64,000 bases of DNA, from assembly GCA_022560735.1 (NCBI GenBank), contig JADFSO010000007.1:18980-82979 (forward strand), given 5' to 3'. A program made the translations under genes and the position numbers. A model generated the notes under the pieces. The model was given only the letters and a program-made list of their open reading frames with translations, was not told where the DNA came from and ran no database searches. Each line of letters opens with the position of its first letter. The stretch's first letter is position 1. This stretch comes from Pseudomonadota bacterium (lineage in GTDB: Bacteria; Pseudomonadota; Gammaproteobacteria; Steroidobacterales; MnTg04). This document shows positions 49,005-58,465 of the stretch, in pieces.

Positions 49005-49817
49005 TTATTCGCCGGGGTCGGGCTCGGCTCCTGGTATCGGTTCTGGCGTATAGACCGGGAAGGTCTTGACGCCGCTGCCGCTCTCGCCGTCGTCTGTGCC
49101 CGGTTCGCTGTACTGGATCGCACTGTCGGGGGCCGGCGCGTATTTTGCCAGTGCCGCCATGAACTCGCGGGCTGGCTGCGGCGGCGTGATGTCGCCATAG
49201 ATGATCTCGCCGGCATCGACGGAGTCGCGATGGTAAAATTTGGCGTTTGCCTTGTCGTCTATGGAGATAACCGAGCCATCCAATGCAATACCGATAAACA
49301 GCCCGCGGCTCCTGGAGTATGAATAAACCTCTGCGTCGAACTTGATATCGGTTGCCGCGCTGCCGGAACGGCCGACCGGTCCCGCAGCCACCGATGCATC
49401 CGCGCCGAGGGTCAGTTTGCCGCCGGTGATCCCGTCCACGCCTTTCTTGTTCTTGAAAACCAGGATCAGGTCGGTCTCGGAAATGCCAATCTGCAATCCC
49501 CAGCTACCGCCGGCCAGCTTGATAAAGCTGGGATTGCTCCAGCTGTTGTCCGCTTTGCGCACGCTGATCACGCCCTTGCCAAAGCGGCCGCCAAAAACCA
49601 GGCCCGCCTTCATGACGCCGGGTATGACGGCAACTGCGTAGGCCTTTGTCAGCAAGGACTCGGGGATGCTCGTCTCCCTGATGCGCATGATTTGATCGAG
49701 GACCACGACCGCCTTGTTAATCCGCTTTTCTTCCTTGCTTTGCGCCTGCGCCAGCAACGGCACCAGAAACAGAACTGCAAGGCCCGCAAGCAGGCTGAAT
49801 TTCCTGGACATAGCCAT
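49005..49817 (-). CDS. lipid-binding SYLF/Ysc84 domain protein, exported
   Basis: Signal peptide after GGAG RBS; KAGLVFGGRFGKGV, GGSWGLQIG, LGADASVAAGPVGR, YSYSRSRGLF; the longer ORF in the track is a spurious extension. Confidence 0.9.
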   Translation of the reverse strand: MAMSRKFSLLAGLAVLFLVPLLAQAQSKEEKRINKAVVVLDQIMRIRETSIPESLLTKAYAVAVIPGVMKAGLVFGGRFGKGVISVRKADNSWSNPSFIKLAGGSWGLQIGISETDLILVFKNKKGVDGITGGKLTLGADASVAAGPVGRSGSAATDIKFDAEVYSYSRSRGLFIGIALDGSVISIDDKANAKFYHRDSVDAGEIIYGDITPPQPAREFMAALAKYAPAPDSAIQYSEPGTDDGESGSGVKTFPVYTPEPIPGAEPDPGE

Positions 49818-49988
49818 CTTTATTTCTCCGCGTTTCCGGGTGTGAACCCAAAACCCGCTCAAGGTTCCCGCCGAGGCGGGTAGCGCCAGCTTACTGCAAT
49901 GGTGGCGTGAATATCCAGCGCCCGCGAGTCCGGCTACACTGCGCAAGTCGCCTGCCGTTCTTGCGCCGGAGATAGCATGGAAGGAGCA

Positions 49989-50966
49989 ATGAATTTTCGC
50001 CAGTTTCTGCTGTTTGCAGGCTGCCTGTTGTGGTCCATCGTCGCCACCGCCGACTGGTATACCAACGAGCAGGCGATTATGGGCACGGTCATTCGCACCG
50101 AGTTGTGGAGCGATGATCCGCTGACGGCTGGCGAAGCGATCAGGCTGGTGAACGAGGAAATGCACCGCATCGACCGGTTGATGAGTACCTACAAGCCGGA
50201 TTCCGAGATTTCGCGGGTCAACCGGGACGCGGCGGAAAAACCAGTCAGGATCAGCGCCGAATTGCTGGATCTCCTTGCCAGGGGAATCGAAATGTCGCGG
50301 CTGAGCGGCGGCGCATTCGACATCACTTATGCCAGCATCGGCCAGCTGTATGATTATCGCGCCGGTGTCCGCCCCGATGAACAACAGATTGCAGCCGCCT
50401 TGCCGGCCATCGATTACCGGTTTGTCGAGCTGGACCTCGATGAATGCACCGTATTCTTTAGCAGGCACGGAGTACGGATCGATCTGGGTGGCATCGCCAA
50501 GGGCTACGCGGTCGAGCGCGGTGTGGGTATCCTGCGCGCGCAGGGTATTGAGCACGGGCTGATCAGCGCCGGCGGCGACAGCCGGATCCTGGGCGATCGG
50601 CGGGGTGCGCCATGGATAGTGGGCGTGCGTGACCCGAGAAACAGCGATCGGGTTATCGCCAGGTTGCCGCTCATCGACGAAGCGATTTCCACGTCCGGGG
50701 ACTACGAGCGATTTTTTGAGGAAGACGGGGTTCGTTATCACCACATTATCAGCCCCGCCACTGGCCACTCGGTCAGCGAAGTGCGCAGCGTCACGATTAT
50801 CGGGCCCGACGCGACGATGACCGATGGTCTTGCCACCAGTGTTTTCGTGATGGGCCTGGAAGACGGCTTGCGACTGATCGATTCGCTGGATGATTTTGAA
50901 GCGGTGATCGTCGACCGGCACGGCGCACTGCACCGGTCCGGCGGGTTTCTGCCGCCGCAACAATAA
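49989..50966 (+). CDS. apbE: FAD:protein FMN transferase
   Basis: IMGT, GAFDIT, IDLGGIAKGYAV, AGGD, ISTSGDYERFF, RYHHII.P.TG, DGLAT. Confidence 0.95.
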   Translation: MNFRQFLLFAGCLLWSIVATADWYTNEQAIMGTVIRTELWSDDPLTAGEAIRLVNEEMHRIDRLMSTYKPDSEISRVNRDAAEKPVRISAELLDLLARGIEMSRLSGGAFDITYASIGQLYDYRAGVRPDEQQIAAALPAIDYRFVELDLDECTVFFSRHGVRIDLGGIAKGYAVERGVGILRAQGIEHGLISAGGDSRILGDRRGAPWIVGVRDPRNSDRVIARLPLIDEAISTSGDYERFFEEDGVRYHHIISPATGHSVSEVRSVTIIGPDATMTDGLATSVFVMGLEDGLRLIDSLDDFEAVIVDRHGALHRSGGFLPPQQ

Positions 50967-51407
50967 GCAGCGGTCGCGGCTCCGGGGCCGGCCTCGCCCG
51001 CTTATGTATCAAAGTCAGTGATTGCCAGTCGCGAGCCGTCCCCTGTCTTCGATTGGCGACAAGAAAAGTCCTTTAAAAACAGCATCTTGAAATAAACCGG
51101 GAAATAACTGTTTGCACTTGGCGACGGTTGTTGACGCTATTTTCCATAAAAACCTGCACGGCTCGCGTCCGGGTTTCGCGTTTGTCCTGTAAGCCGATGA
51201 TTTCATGGACGATTTCTCAAACTGGCACGAAAGTTGCCATTTAATGGTGTGTGGCGTTTCTTTATCAGTCACCAGGCCTTCGACAAGGAATCGTCCGGCC
51301 GGGTGATTCAGATCAAGCGCCGCCTGCTGCGAGCCCTCTTAGGTCGAGGGTATTAAAGCGTGCGGTGTTCGATTGACATAAGACGAAAGCCTGTGCACGG
51401 TGCACGG

Positions 51408-51491
51408 TACTGATAAAGGCAAACTCGCCGAAAGGTGAGGACGCAAAGCAACCGGTCTAAGGGATATCCTAGGACGGCGGGGGCTGCCAGT
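51408..51491 (+). ncRNA. cyclic di-GMP-I (GEMM-I) riboswitch
   Basis: GGCAAA-CTCGCC-GAAA-GGTGAG-GACGCAAAGC..CCGGTCTAAG..GACGGCGGGGGCTGCC; P1 ACTG/CAGT; TTGACA at 51373. Confidence 0.92.
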
Positions 51492-51641
51492 TTTTTTGCA
51501 GTTGTTCGACCTTCTCCGTGGAAACCCCGACCGGTCTGTACCTGGCCTGAGTTCACGACCCATGCCAATGGGAGTGGTGAGCCTTGCGCCAGGTTCTTCG
51601 CTTTGTTGCCTCCTGGTTACATTTACGGGACGGGTACGGAT

Positions 51642-54509
51642 ATGGACAAGGTAAACAGGAATAAATCAGCCGGCGTTTTTCTGCTTGCGGCGGTCGCGTT
51701 ATTGCTCGGCAGCTGTGGCGATAGCGCCAGGGAAGAGGTCGTCATCGAAGGCGCCCTGGCGATCGTTTTCGTGCAACGCGGTGTCAACGCGGTTGGCAAC
51801 CCGACCGATGGGATTATTTTCCAGGCCGGCGGTGACCTGATGAGTCTGGATCTTTCCTCGCCGAGCGCGACCATGAGCAATCTGACCGAGACCTACACGG
51901 CAGGCGCCGGCGATGTTTCGGACCCGGAAGTTTCTTTCGATGGGCAACGCGTCCTGTTTGCGATGCGCGGGCCCAATGACCCGACCTGGAACATTTTCGA
52001 ATACGAAATGGCCACCGCCGCGTTGACCCGTATCGTTGCGGACGATCTGCTCGCCAATGCCGGCGATGATGTCGACCCGGCTTACCTGCCCGATGGCCGT
52101 ATCGTGTTCAGTTCGAATCGCCAGGAAAAATCGCGCCAGATCCTGAGTGCAGAAAATACCGAGCAATTTTCTTTCCTCGACGAGTATGAACGCGAGCGCT
52201 CGATCGTCCTGCATGTCATGAATGGCGATGGCAGCGATATTCACCAGATTTCATTTAACCAGAGCCACGACCGCAACCCGACGGTCCTGACCACCGGCGA
52301 AATCATGTTCTCGCGCTGGGATCATGTGGGTAATCGCAACCATTTCCCGATTTTCTTCACCAACCCGGATGGCACCAACATTTTTGTCCAGTACGGCGCG
52401 TTCAGCCCCGGCAACAGCATGCTGCATCCGCGTGAAATGCCTGACGGGCGGGTCATGAGTTCGTTGATGCCATTGTCCGGGACCTTCGAAGGGGGCGCCA
52501 TAGTCGCCGTCGATATCCGTAATTTTTCCGAGTTCAACGAACCCACGGCGGGGGCGCCCGCTGGCGCAGTCGGCCAGGTCGAGGTAACCCCATTGCCGAT
52601 CGAATTTGGCCGGGACGTATCCGAAAACGGACGTTTTACGACGCCGTTTCCGCTTTGGGACGGCACCAACCGCGCGCTGGTTAGCTGGTCGCCGCTGCGC
52701 CCCGAAACGGAGATCGATCCATTTTCCGGCGTGGAAGTCGAGGTTGAAGGCGATCCGCTTTATGGCATTTACATGCTGGACATGGACACCAATTCGATGC
52801 GTCCGATCGCCTTGCCGCAGGATGGCATGGCCTATACGGATGCGATCCCTTTGCAGGCGCGACCCGTGCCAAACACGATTAGCGACAAACCGCTGGATGC
52901 CGCCCTGGCGGCCCAGGGCATGGGCATTATCAACGTCAAGAGCGTTTATGACACCGATGGCCAGGATTTGATGGGTGCGAACATGCTGGTTGGCGGTGAA
53001 AATATCCCGATGATAGCGGCGCCGCCCGGGGATTCACGTTCCATGGTCGCGGACGTGGCGACGATCAAGGATCCGCTGCTGACCACTGCCGCCGGCCGGG
53101 TCGGCCGTTTTATCCGGATTACCCGCGCGGTTTCCACGCCTCGCGGCATATCGATGAACGCCATCGGTGAGAGCGACATGGAGATGCAACGCATCCTTGG
53201 CTATGGGGTTGAAGAGCCCGATGGCTCGTTCCGTTTCAAAGTACCGGCTGACATTGCCCTCGGTGTTGCGGTCGTCGATGCCAATGGCCGCGCGATACAG
53301 ACCCATACCAACTGGCTGCAGGTTCGCCCCGGCGAAACCCGCACCTGTAACGGGTGTCACTCGCCGCGACGCGGCGGCGCGCTCAATGCCGTGCCGATCG
53401 CCGGCGACCATCCCAATACACGGTTGGCAGCGCAATCCGGCGAATCGATGGCCGAAACCCGTACCCGCCTGGATCCGCAGGTCATGGACCTGACCGCCGA
53501 TATGGTTTTCCAGGATGTCTGGACGGACCCGGCGATCCGGGCGCCGGATCCGGACCTGGTGCTTGACTATGCCGGGCTCACGACGGCGGCCCCGGTGAAT
53601 GGGCTGATCAATTATCCGGATCATATTGCCCCGTTGTGGACCAGGGACCGCGGCGCCGATACTTGTATCGCATGTCACAACAGCAACCTGCTCAACGACC
53701 CGGTATCGGTCGGGCTGGATCTGCGCAGCCTGTCGGCGGGCAATGGCCGTTTGTTGTCCTACGAGGAACTGATGATTGGCGATCCGGTCATCGATGCCGC
53801 TACCGGACTACCGATTCTGCGGGTCAGAGACGGCGAAATTGAAGTCGTGCGCCAGGCGCCGCTGGTAGCGACCGGATCCTCACGGCAAAGTTCGCGGACC
53901 AGTCACCTGGTTGAAAAAATTTATGAGCAGGAACTTCGCGCCGGCAAGAACCTGGTCGCGGCCACCGTTGACCACAGCGGCATGATGAACGCATCCGAAC
54001 GGCGCCTGATGGCCGAGTGGATAGATGTTGGCGCACAGTATTACAACAATCCGTTCGATGACGCGAATGGAGACGGCTTTAACAGTCTCAGCGAGGTTCG
54101 TGGCGGAGTGCGCGGTCTTAGCGAAAGCGCATTCAACGCACAGGTCCATCCGATCCTGATGACACGTTGTGCCGCTTGCCATCAGCCGTTTACCGGCAAT
54201 GGCACGCCATCCAACCCGCAAAATCCTGGTTTCAGCCCGAATCGCTTCGTGCTGACCGGGAGCCAGGAAGGCGATTTCAACATTACCGTCAGCATGGTCG
54301 AAAGCGTTTGCCTGCCGGAACAAAGCAGCTTGCTCAAACGACCGATCAGCGACGAGCTCGCCAATCCGCCGCACCCGCGCATCGACGATCCAAATGTTGC
54401 CGACGATCCCAATGACCCGCTGGCCGACGATGTCACCGTGTTGACGATCGCCGACGCCGATTATCAGACTATTTTCAACTGGGTTGCGGACGGCGTTTGC
54501 ATACCATGA
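51642..54509 (+). CDS. hydrazine synthase alpha (HzsA)-related lipoprotein: beta-propeller plus three c-type heme motifs
   Basis: Lipobox LLGSC; PD40-like DPEVSFDG, DPAYLPDGRIVFSSNR, FSRWDH; EPDGSFRFKVPAD..VRPGETRTCNGCH; CIACH; CAACH. Confidence 0.8.
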   Translation: MDKVNRNKSAGVFLLAAVALLLGSCGDSAREEVVIEGALAIVFVQRGVNAVGNPTDGIIFQAGGDLMSLDLSSPSATMSNLTETYTAGAGDVSDPEVSFDGQRVLFAMRGPNDPTWNIFEYEMATAALTRIVADDLLANAGDDVDPAYLPDGRIVFSSNRQEKSRQILSAENTEQFSFLDEYERERSIVLHVMNGDGSDIHQISFNQSHDRNPTVLTTGEIMFSRWDHVGNRNHFPIFFTNPDGTNIFVQYGAFSPGNSMLHPREMPDGRVMSSLMPLSGTFEGGAIVAVDIRNFSEFNEPTAGAPAGAVGQVEVTPLPIEFGRDVSENGRFTTPFPLWDGTNRALVSWSPLRPETEIDPFSGVEVEVEGDPLYGIYMLDMDTNSMRPIALPQDGMAYTDAIPLQARPVPNTISDKPLDAALAAQGMGIINVKSVYDTDGQDLMGANMLVGGENIPMIAAPPGDSRSMVADVATIKDPLLTTAAGRVGRFIRITRAVSTPRGISMNAIGESDMEMQRILGYGVEEPDGSFRFKVPADIALGVAVVDANGRAIQTHTNWLQVRPGETRTCNGCHSPRRGGALNAVPIAGDHPNTRLAAQSGESMAETRTRLDPQVMDLTADMVFQDVWTDPAIRAPDPDLVLDYAGLTTAAPVNGLINYPDHIAPLWTRDRGADTCIACHNSNLLNDPVSVGLDLRSLSAGNGRLLSYEELMIGDPVIDAATGLPILRVRDGEIEVVRQAPLVATGSSRQSSRTSHLVEKIYEQELRAGKNLVAATVDHSGMMNASERRLMAEWIDVGAQYYNNPFDDANGDGFNSLSEVRGGVRGLSESAFNAQVHPILMTRCAACHQPFTGNGTPSNPQNPGFSPNRFVLTGSQEGDFNITVSMVESVCLPEQSSLLKRPISDELANPPHPRIDDPNVADDPNDPLADDVTVLTIADADYQTIFNWVADGVCIP

Positions 54510-54542
54510 ACTGGCGTGGGAAGAGGTATTGGAGATTGATGG

Positions 54543-55061
54543 GTGATGGCTGAATCCAGGTATTTGATCGCAGTGTGCCTGCTCGCACTGGTCGCCGCTT
54601 GTAACGAGGTGGAGAACGAGCAGCAGGCGCAGACCGCGCAATCGCTGTGCCTTGCCGATTTCGAGGCCTGTGTGAATCCGATTTTCGATGGAACACTGAA
54701 TGGCAGCTTGGGGCAAGTTACCTGCTCGGCCAGTGGTTGCCACAACCAGGCCGCCGGTTCGGGTGGCGCCTTCAAGATTTTTGCCAATGCACAGCCAGGA
54801 TCGACCGAGATCCTGGCGAATTTTTTTGCGGCGAAGTCTTTTGCCAACCTGGATAACCCGGCACAGAGCAAACTTCTGCTCGAGCCGCTGCAGGGCGTGT
54901 CTTCGATCAGCGGCACGCATACCGGTGGCGATATTTTTCCGGACACCACCGACCAGTGCTACCAGGCAATTTTTAGCTGGATATCGACCCGCGTTGATGA
55001 CCGCAGCTCGTCGAGTTGCGGTGTCTGCACGGCCGCTGCACTGGCCAGCTGCGGTTTCTGA
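54543..55061 (+). CDS. Cys-rich lipoprotein with atypical CX4CH motif
   Basis: Lipobox VAAC; FEACVNPIF...CSASGCH...SKLLLEPL...HTGG..F...YQAIFSWI, resembling the last domain of the upstream protein. Confidence 0.7.
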   Translation: MMAESRYLIAVCLLALVAACNEVENEQQAQTAQSLCLADFEACVNPIFDGTLNGSLGQVTCSASGCHNQAAGSGGAFKIFANAQPGSTEILANFFAAKSFANLDNPAQSKLLLEPLQGVSSISGTHTGGDIFPDTTDQCYQAIFSWISTRVDDRSSSSCGVCTAAALASCGF

Positions 55062-55172
55062 ACCGGGGCTGTGGTTAGCGCTTATGTAAAAAACTGTGAG
55101 GCGGGTAACGGAACGAGCCGGGCATTAATGAGGAAATGGAGCTTGAAATCGTTACGGACACTGGAAGACCTG

Positions 55173-55904
55173 ATGAATGTGCTTCGGCTCGCCTGCCTGC
55201 TGCTGCTGATTCCGCTGGTGATGGGCGCTGCCGCCTATCAGCGGGTCCAGGTGCAGGATCCATTTATGGATCTGCATACGGGGCCAGGACGTGGTTTCCC
55301 GGCCGTCCAGGTCGTCGAGCGCGGTGAATGGGTGGAGATAATCAAGCGCAAGACCGACTGGTTCAAGGTCAGGAGCGAACAAGACAAGGAAGGTTGGGTG
55401 CACAGAAGTCAGATGGAAAAAACGCTGACAGAAGCGGGCGTAAAGAAAAACTTTCGCGACGTCCTGATGGACGACTATCTGAGCCGTCGTCTCGAGATAG
55501 GTTTTGCGGCTGGCCGTTTTGACGGTGACCCATCGCTGACGGTGCGCGCCAGTTACCGGTTTAACGATTTCATCATCGGCGAATTTAGCCTGAGCCAGGT
55601 CTCGGGCGATTTTTCCAGCTCCAGGATAGTCGACCTCAATGTGCAGCTCGCACCATACAGCGACCACCGCTTCTCTCCGTATTTCAACCTTGGCTTCGGC
55701 CACTTCCGGAATGAGCCAAGGGCGACCCTGGTAAACGCGGTGGATACCAGTGCGACGACGGCGGTAGTCGGTGTCGGTCTGCGTATATACCTGACCCGGC
55801 GATTCATCGTCAGGGTCGATTTCAAAGACTACATCGTGATGATAGATGCGGACCGGAACGAGGAATTTCAGCAATGGATAACGGGCTTTTCATTTTTTTT
55901 CTGA
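55173..55904 (+). CDS. SH3b domain plus outer membrane beta-barrel protein
   Basis: Signal peptide; LHTGPGRGFP..KRKTDWFKVR..EGWV; SPYFNLGFG; C-terminal FSFFF. Confidence 0.82.
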   Translation: MNVLRLACLLLLIPLVMGAAAYQRVQVQDPFMDLHTGPGRGFPAVQVVERGEWVEIIKRKTDWFKVRSEQDKEGWVHRSQMEKTLTEAGVKKNFRDVLMDDYLSRRLEIGFAAGRFDGDPSLTVRASYRFNDFIIGEFSLSQVSGDFSSSRIVDLNVQLAPYSDHRFSPYFNLGFGHFRNEPRATLVNAVDTSATTAVVGVGLRIYLTRRFIVRVDFKDYIVMIDADRNEEFQQWITGFSFFF

Positions 55905-55913
55905 GGCGAGGCA

Positions 55914-56594
55914 ATGTTTAAGCAAGGATTTCGCAAAATAGCCGCACTGTTATTTCTGACCAGCTTCCTTGCCGCCGGTTGCAGCCTGCTTCCGGGGCGG
56001 GGAAATGATCAGGAACCGCAGGAATTACCGCTCGAGGAAGCGCCGGGCCAGGTGATCGCTCCGGCGGTGGAGCGGCGCGACATCAGCGTGCCAAAAATCG
56101 ACACCGAAAACTGGGAGATCGGCCCATACTTTGGTGTGCTCAGTGTCGATGATTTTGGTTCGCGGGCGATTTATGGAATACGCGCGGCTTATCACGTCAG
56201 CGAGGATTTTTTCCTCGAAGGCGCCTATGCGAGATCGACGGTCAGGGATACGAATTTCAGGAACATCGGCCTGCCGATATTTCCGAGCGAGGAAGAAGAC
56301 CTGACTTTTTATAGTTTTTCCCTCGGCTATAACTTCCTGCCCGGCGAGGTGTTCGTCGGCACCAAGTGGGCGATGACCAGCAGCATGTATTTCATTTTCG
56401 GGGTCGGCAATACCGAGTTTATCGGGGAAGACGATCTGACTTATAGCTTCGGCTTCGGGCTGCGCGTGTTGCCGCGGGATTACCTGGCCTTGCGGATCGA
56501 AGCCAAGGACAACATTTTCGAATCCGATTTACTGGGCACAAACGAATACAAACACAACCTGGAATTCAATATTGGATTCAGTGTGTTCTTTTAA
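55914..56594 (+). CDS. outer membrane beta-barrel protein with lipobox
   Basis: LAAGC; IDTENWEIGPYFG, YHVSEDFFLE, GYNFLPGE, C-terminal FSVFF. Confidence 0.82.
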   Translation: MFKQGFRKIAALLFLTSFLAAGCSLLPGRGNDQEPQELPLEEAPGQVIAPAVERRDISVPKIDTENWEIGPYFGVLSVDDFGSRAIYGIRAAYHVSEDFFLEGAYARSTVRDTNFRNIGLPIFPSEEEDLTFYSFSLGYNFLPGEVFVGTKWAMTSSMYFIFGVGNTEFIGEDDLTYSFGFGLRVLPRDYLALRIEAKDNIFESDLLGTNEYKHNLEFNIGFSVFF

Positions 56595-56606
56595 AGGAGT
56601 GGCTCG

Positions 56607-57101
56607 ATGCGTGGAATAAAAATATTGCTGATCTGCCTGCTGCTGCCGCTGACCAACGCCGTTGGCGTGACCGGTCTGGTGGGGCAGCCGGCGCCTGATT
56701 TTGCGTTAAAGAGCCTCAGCGGCGAAAACCTCCGGCTCAGCGAGTTCCGGGGTGAGGTTGTCATGATCAATTTCTGGGCAACCTGGTGCGGTCCCTGCCG
56801 GCAGGAGATGCCTTTGCTCGATGAGCTGCACCGGCGCTACGAGAAAGTGGGTTTCCGTCTGCTCGGCGTCAACATCGACGACGACCGGCGCAGTGCGGCC
56901 AAGATGGTCCGGGTGCTTGGCCTGAGTTTTCCGGTGCTGCTGGATGAGCGCAAGCACGTCAGCCGCCTGTATGACGTCGATGCGATGCCGGCGACGCTGT
57001 TGATCGACCGGACGGGTATCGTCCGCTATATCCACCATGGATACAGATCCGGATATGAGCAAAGTTATGTCGATGAAATACGTGAGTTGCTGAAAGAGTA
57101 A
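56607..57101 (+). CDS. TlpA/ResA-family thiol-disulfide oxidoreductase
   Basis: Signal peptide; APDFAL, INFWATWCGPCRQEMP. Confidence 0.93.
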   Translation: MRGIKILLICLLLPLTNAVGVTGLVGQPAPDFALKSLSGENLRLSEFRGEVVMINFWATWCGPCRQEMPLLDELHRRYEKVGFRLLGVNIDDDRRSAAKMVRVLGLSFPVLLDERKHVSRLYDVDAMPATLLIDRTGIVRYIHHGYRSGYEQSYVDEIRELLKE

Positions 57102-57108
57102 GGCGGGC

Positions 57109-57324
57109 ATGAAGAAACTAACTTTATTGCTGATTGTCCTACTGCTTGGCGCCTGCGCCAGAGAGCCATGGGTGCGGCCGTATGAACGTGAGGCCCTGGC
57201 CGATCCGATGATGTCGTTTAGCCAGGATCCACTGGCCGACAGCACCAGAACGCACGTGTTTGAAGTTCGCGAAGGCGCTCGTGGCGCCGAACAATCACAC
57301 GGGGGCGGTTGTGGCTGCAATTAG
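57109..57324 (+). CDS. DUF4266-like small lipoprotein
   Basis: Lipobox LGAC; VRPYER..LADP.M, C-terminal GGGCGCN. Confidence 0.88.
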   Translation: MKKLTLLLIVLLLGACAREPWVRPYEREALADPMMSFSQDPLADSTRTHVFEVREGARGAEQSHGGGCGCN

Positions 57325-58465
57325 CGAAAGACTGCTTTTCGAGCTCATTACGAGCGGCGCAAATGCGCTCGCTCTGCTGCGTGGTGGACCGACGATACTG
57401 GCTATGCTGTTTGCCGTCGTTATCGCCGGACCTGCCGTTGCAGCCACTTTGCCGGAGGAACGGGCCGACGCGCTCTACCACTATTACAGCGGTGGCGGCA
57501 TCGACGTGCAGGGGCCTGCGCTGCTGGTTCGCAAGAATTTCGCAGAGAAATATTCCGTCACCGCCAGTTATTACCAGGACAGCATCAGCGGCGCCTCGAT
57601 CGACGTCGTGACCAACGCCAGCGCCTACAGCGAAACACGCAACCAGTTCGGGCTGGGGTTCGATTATCTCTATGGCGATACCCTGATGAGTATTTCCTAC
57701 ACCCAAAGCGATGAGAACGACTACGAAGCCAGGACGCTGGATGTCGGGCTCAGCCATGATTTCTTCGGTGGAATGAGTACGCTCGCGCTGGGTTTCAGCC
57801 GCGGCGACGATACGGTCATGCGTGTGGACACCTCGTTCGAAGACACTGTCGACCGTTTCCAGTACCGGCTGGGCTGGACCCAGATTCTGTCTCCCACCTT
57901 CGTTGCCGCGCTCAGCTACGAAGGAATTTCGGAGGAAGGTTTCCTGAACAATCCCTATCGCTCGGCGCGGGTGCTGGGAGCATCGGTCCAGGAACGTTAC
58001 CCACGGACCAGGACCAGCAACGCGCTGGGCATTCAGGCCAACAAATACTGGGGCGACCGCAGTTTTGTCACGCGAGTGAAATACCGTTTTTATGACGATA
58101 CCTGGGGTATTGGCGCGCACAACATCGAATTCATGTTTTCGCGCCGTCTCAGTGAAAAAACCGAGTTTGGCGTGGGGGGTCGTTTTTACACCCAGACTGC
58201 CGCCAATTTTTACAGCGATAACTTTGCCCAGGAATTTCGCTATATGGCGCGCGACAAGGAACTGAGTGATTTCACCAGTGCCTCGATTGGCGGGCGGATT
58301 AGTTATGAGTTGTTCCGTGACCGGGGACGGTTGGCAAAAGGCAAGGTCACGCTGATTTTCGACCGTATTCATTTTGACTATGACAATTTCAGCGACATTC
58401 GAAGCGGCGAGCTCTATGAGTTCAACGCGAATGTCATCCAGATATTTTTTTCTGCCTGGTATTGA
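57311..58465 (+). CDS. DUF3570-like outer membrane beta-barrel (start uncertain)
   Basis: LPEERADALYHYYSGGG, DSISGAS, LNNPYRS, ERYPRTR, YDDTWGI, ARDKELS, C-terminal SAWY; overlaps the end of the DUF4266-like gene. Confidence 0.85.
   Translation: MAAISERLLFELITSGANALALLRGGPTILAMLFAVVIAGPAVAATLPEERADALYHYYSGGGIDVQGPALLVRKNFAEKYSVTASYYQDSISGASIDVVTNASAYSETRNQFGLGFDYLYGDTLMSISYTQSDENDYEARTLDVGLSHDFFGGMSTLALGFSRGDDTVMRVDTSFEDTVDRFQYRLGWTQILSPTFVAALSYEGISEEGFLNNPYRSARVLGASVQERYPRTRTSNALGIQANKYWGDRSFVTRVKYRFYDDTWGIGAHNIEFMFSRRLSEKTEFGVGGRFYTQTAANFYSDNFAQEFRYMARDKELSDFTSASIGGRISYELFRDRGRLAKGKVTLIFDRIHFDYDNFSDIRSGELYEFNANVIQIFFSAWY

Noticed and set aside
49818-50963. 652-aa minus-strand ORF suggesting a long N-terminal extension on the SYLF protein
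   Set aside because: The extension is antisense to ApbE; a signal peptide and RBS place the start at 49817.
51435-51641. N-terminal 69 aa of the 1024-aa ORF
   Set aside because: Overlaps the riboswitch; the lipoprotein signal starts at ATG 51642.
51642-54509. Anammox hydrazine synthase
   Set aside because: No hzsB, hzsC or hydrazine dehydrogenase genes nearby; only domain-level resemblance.
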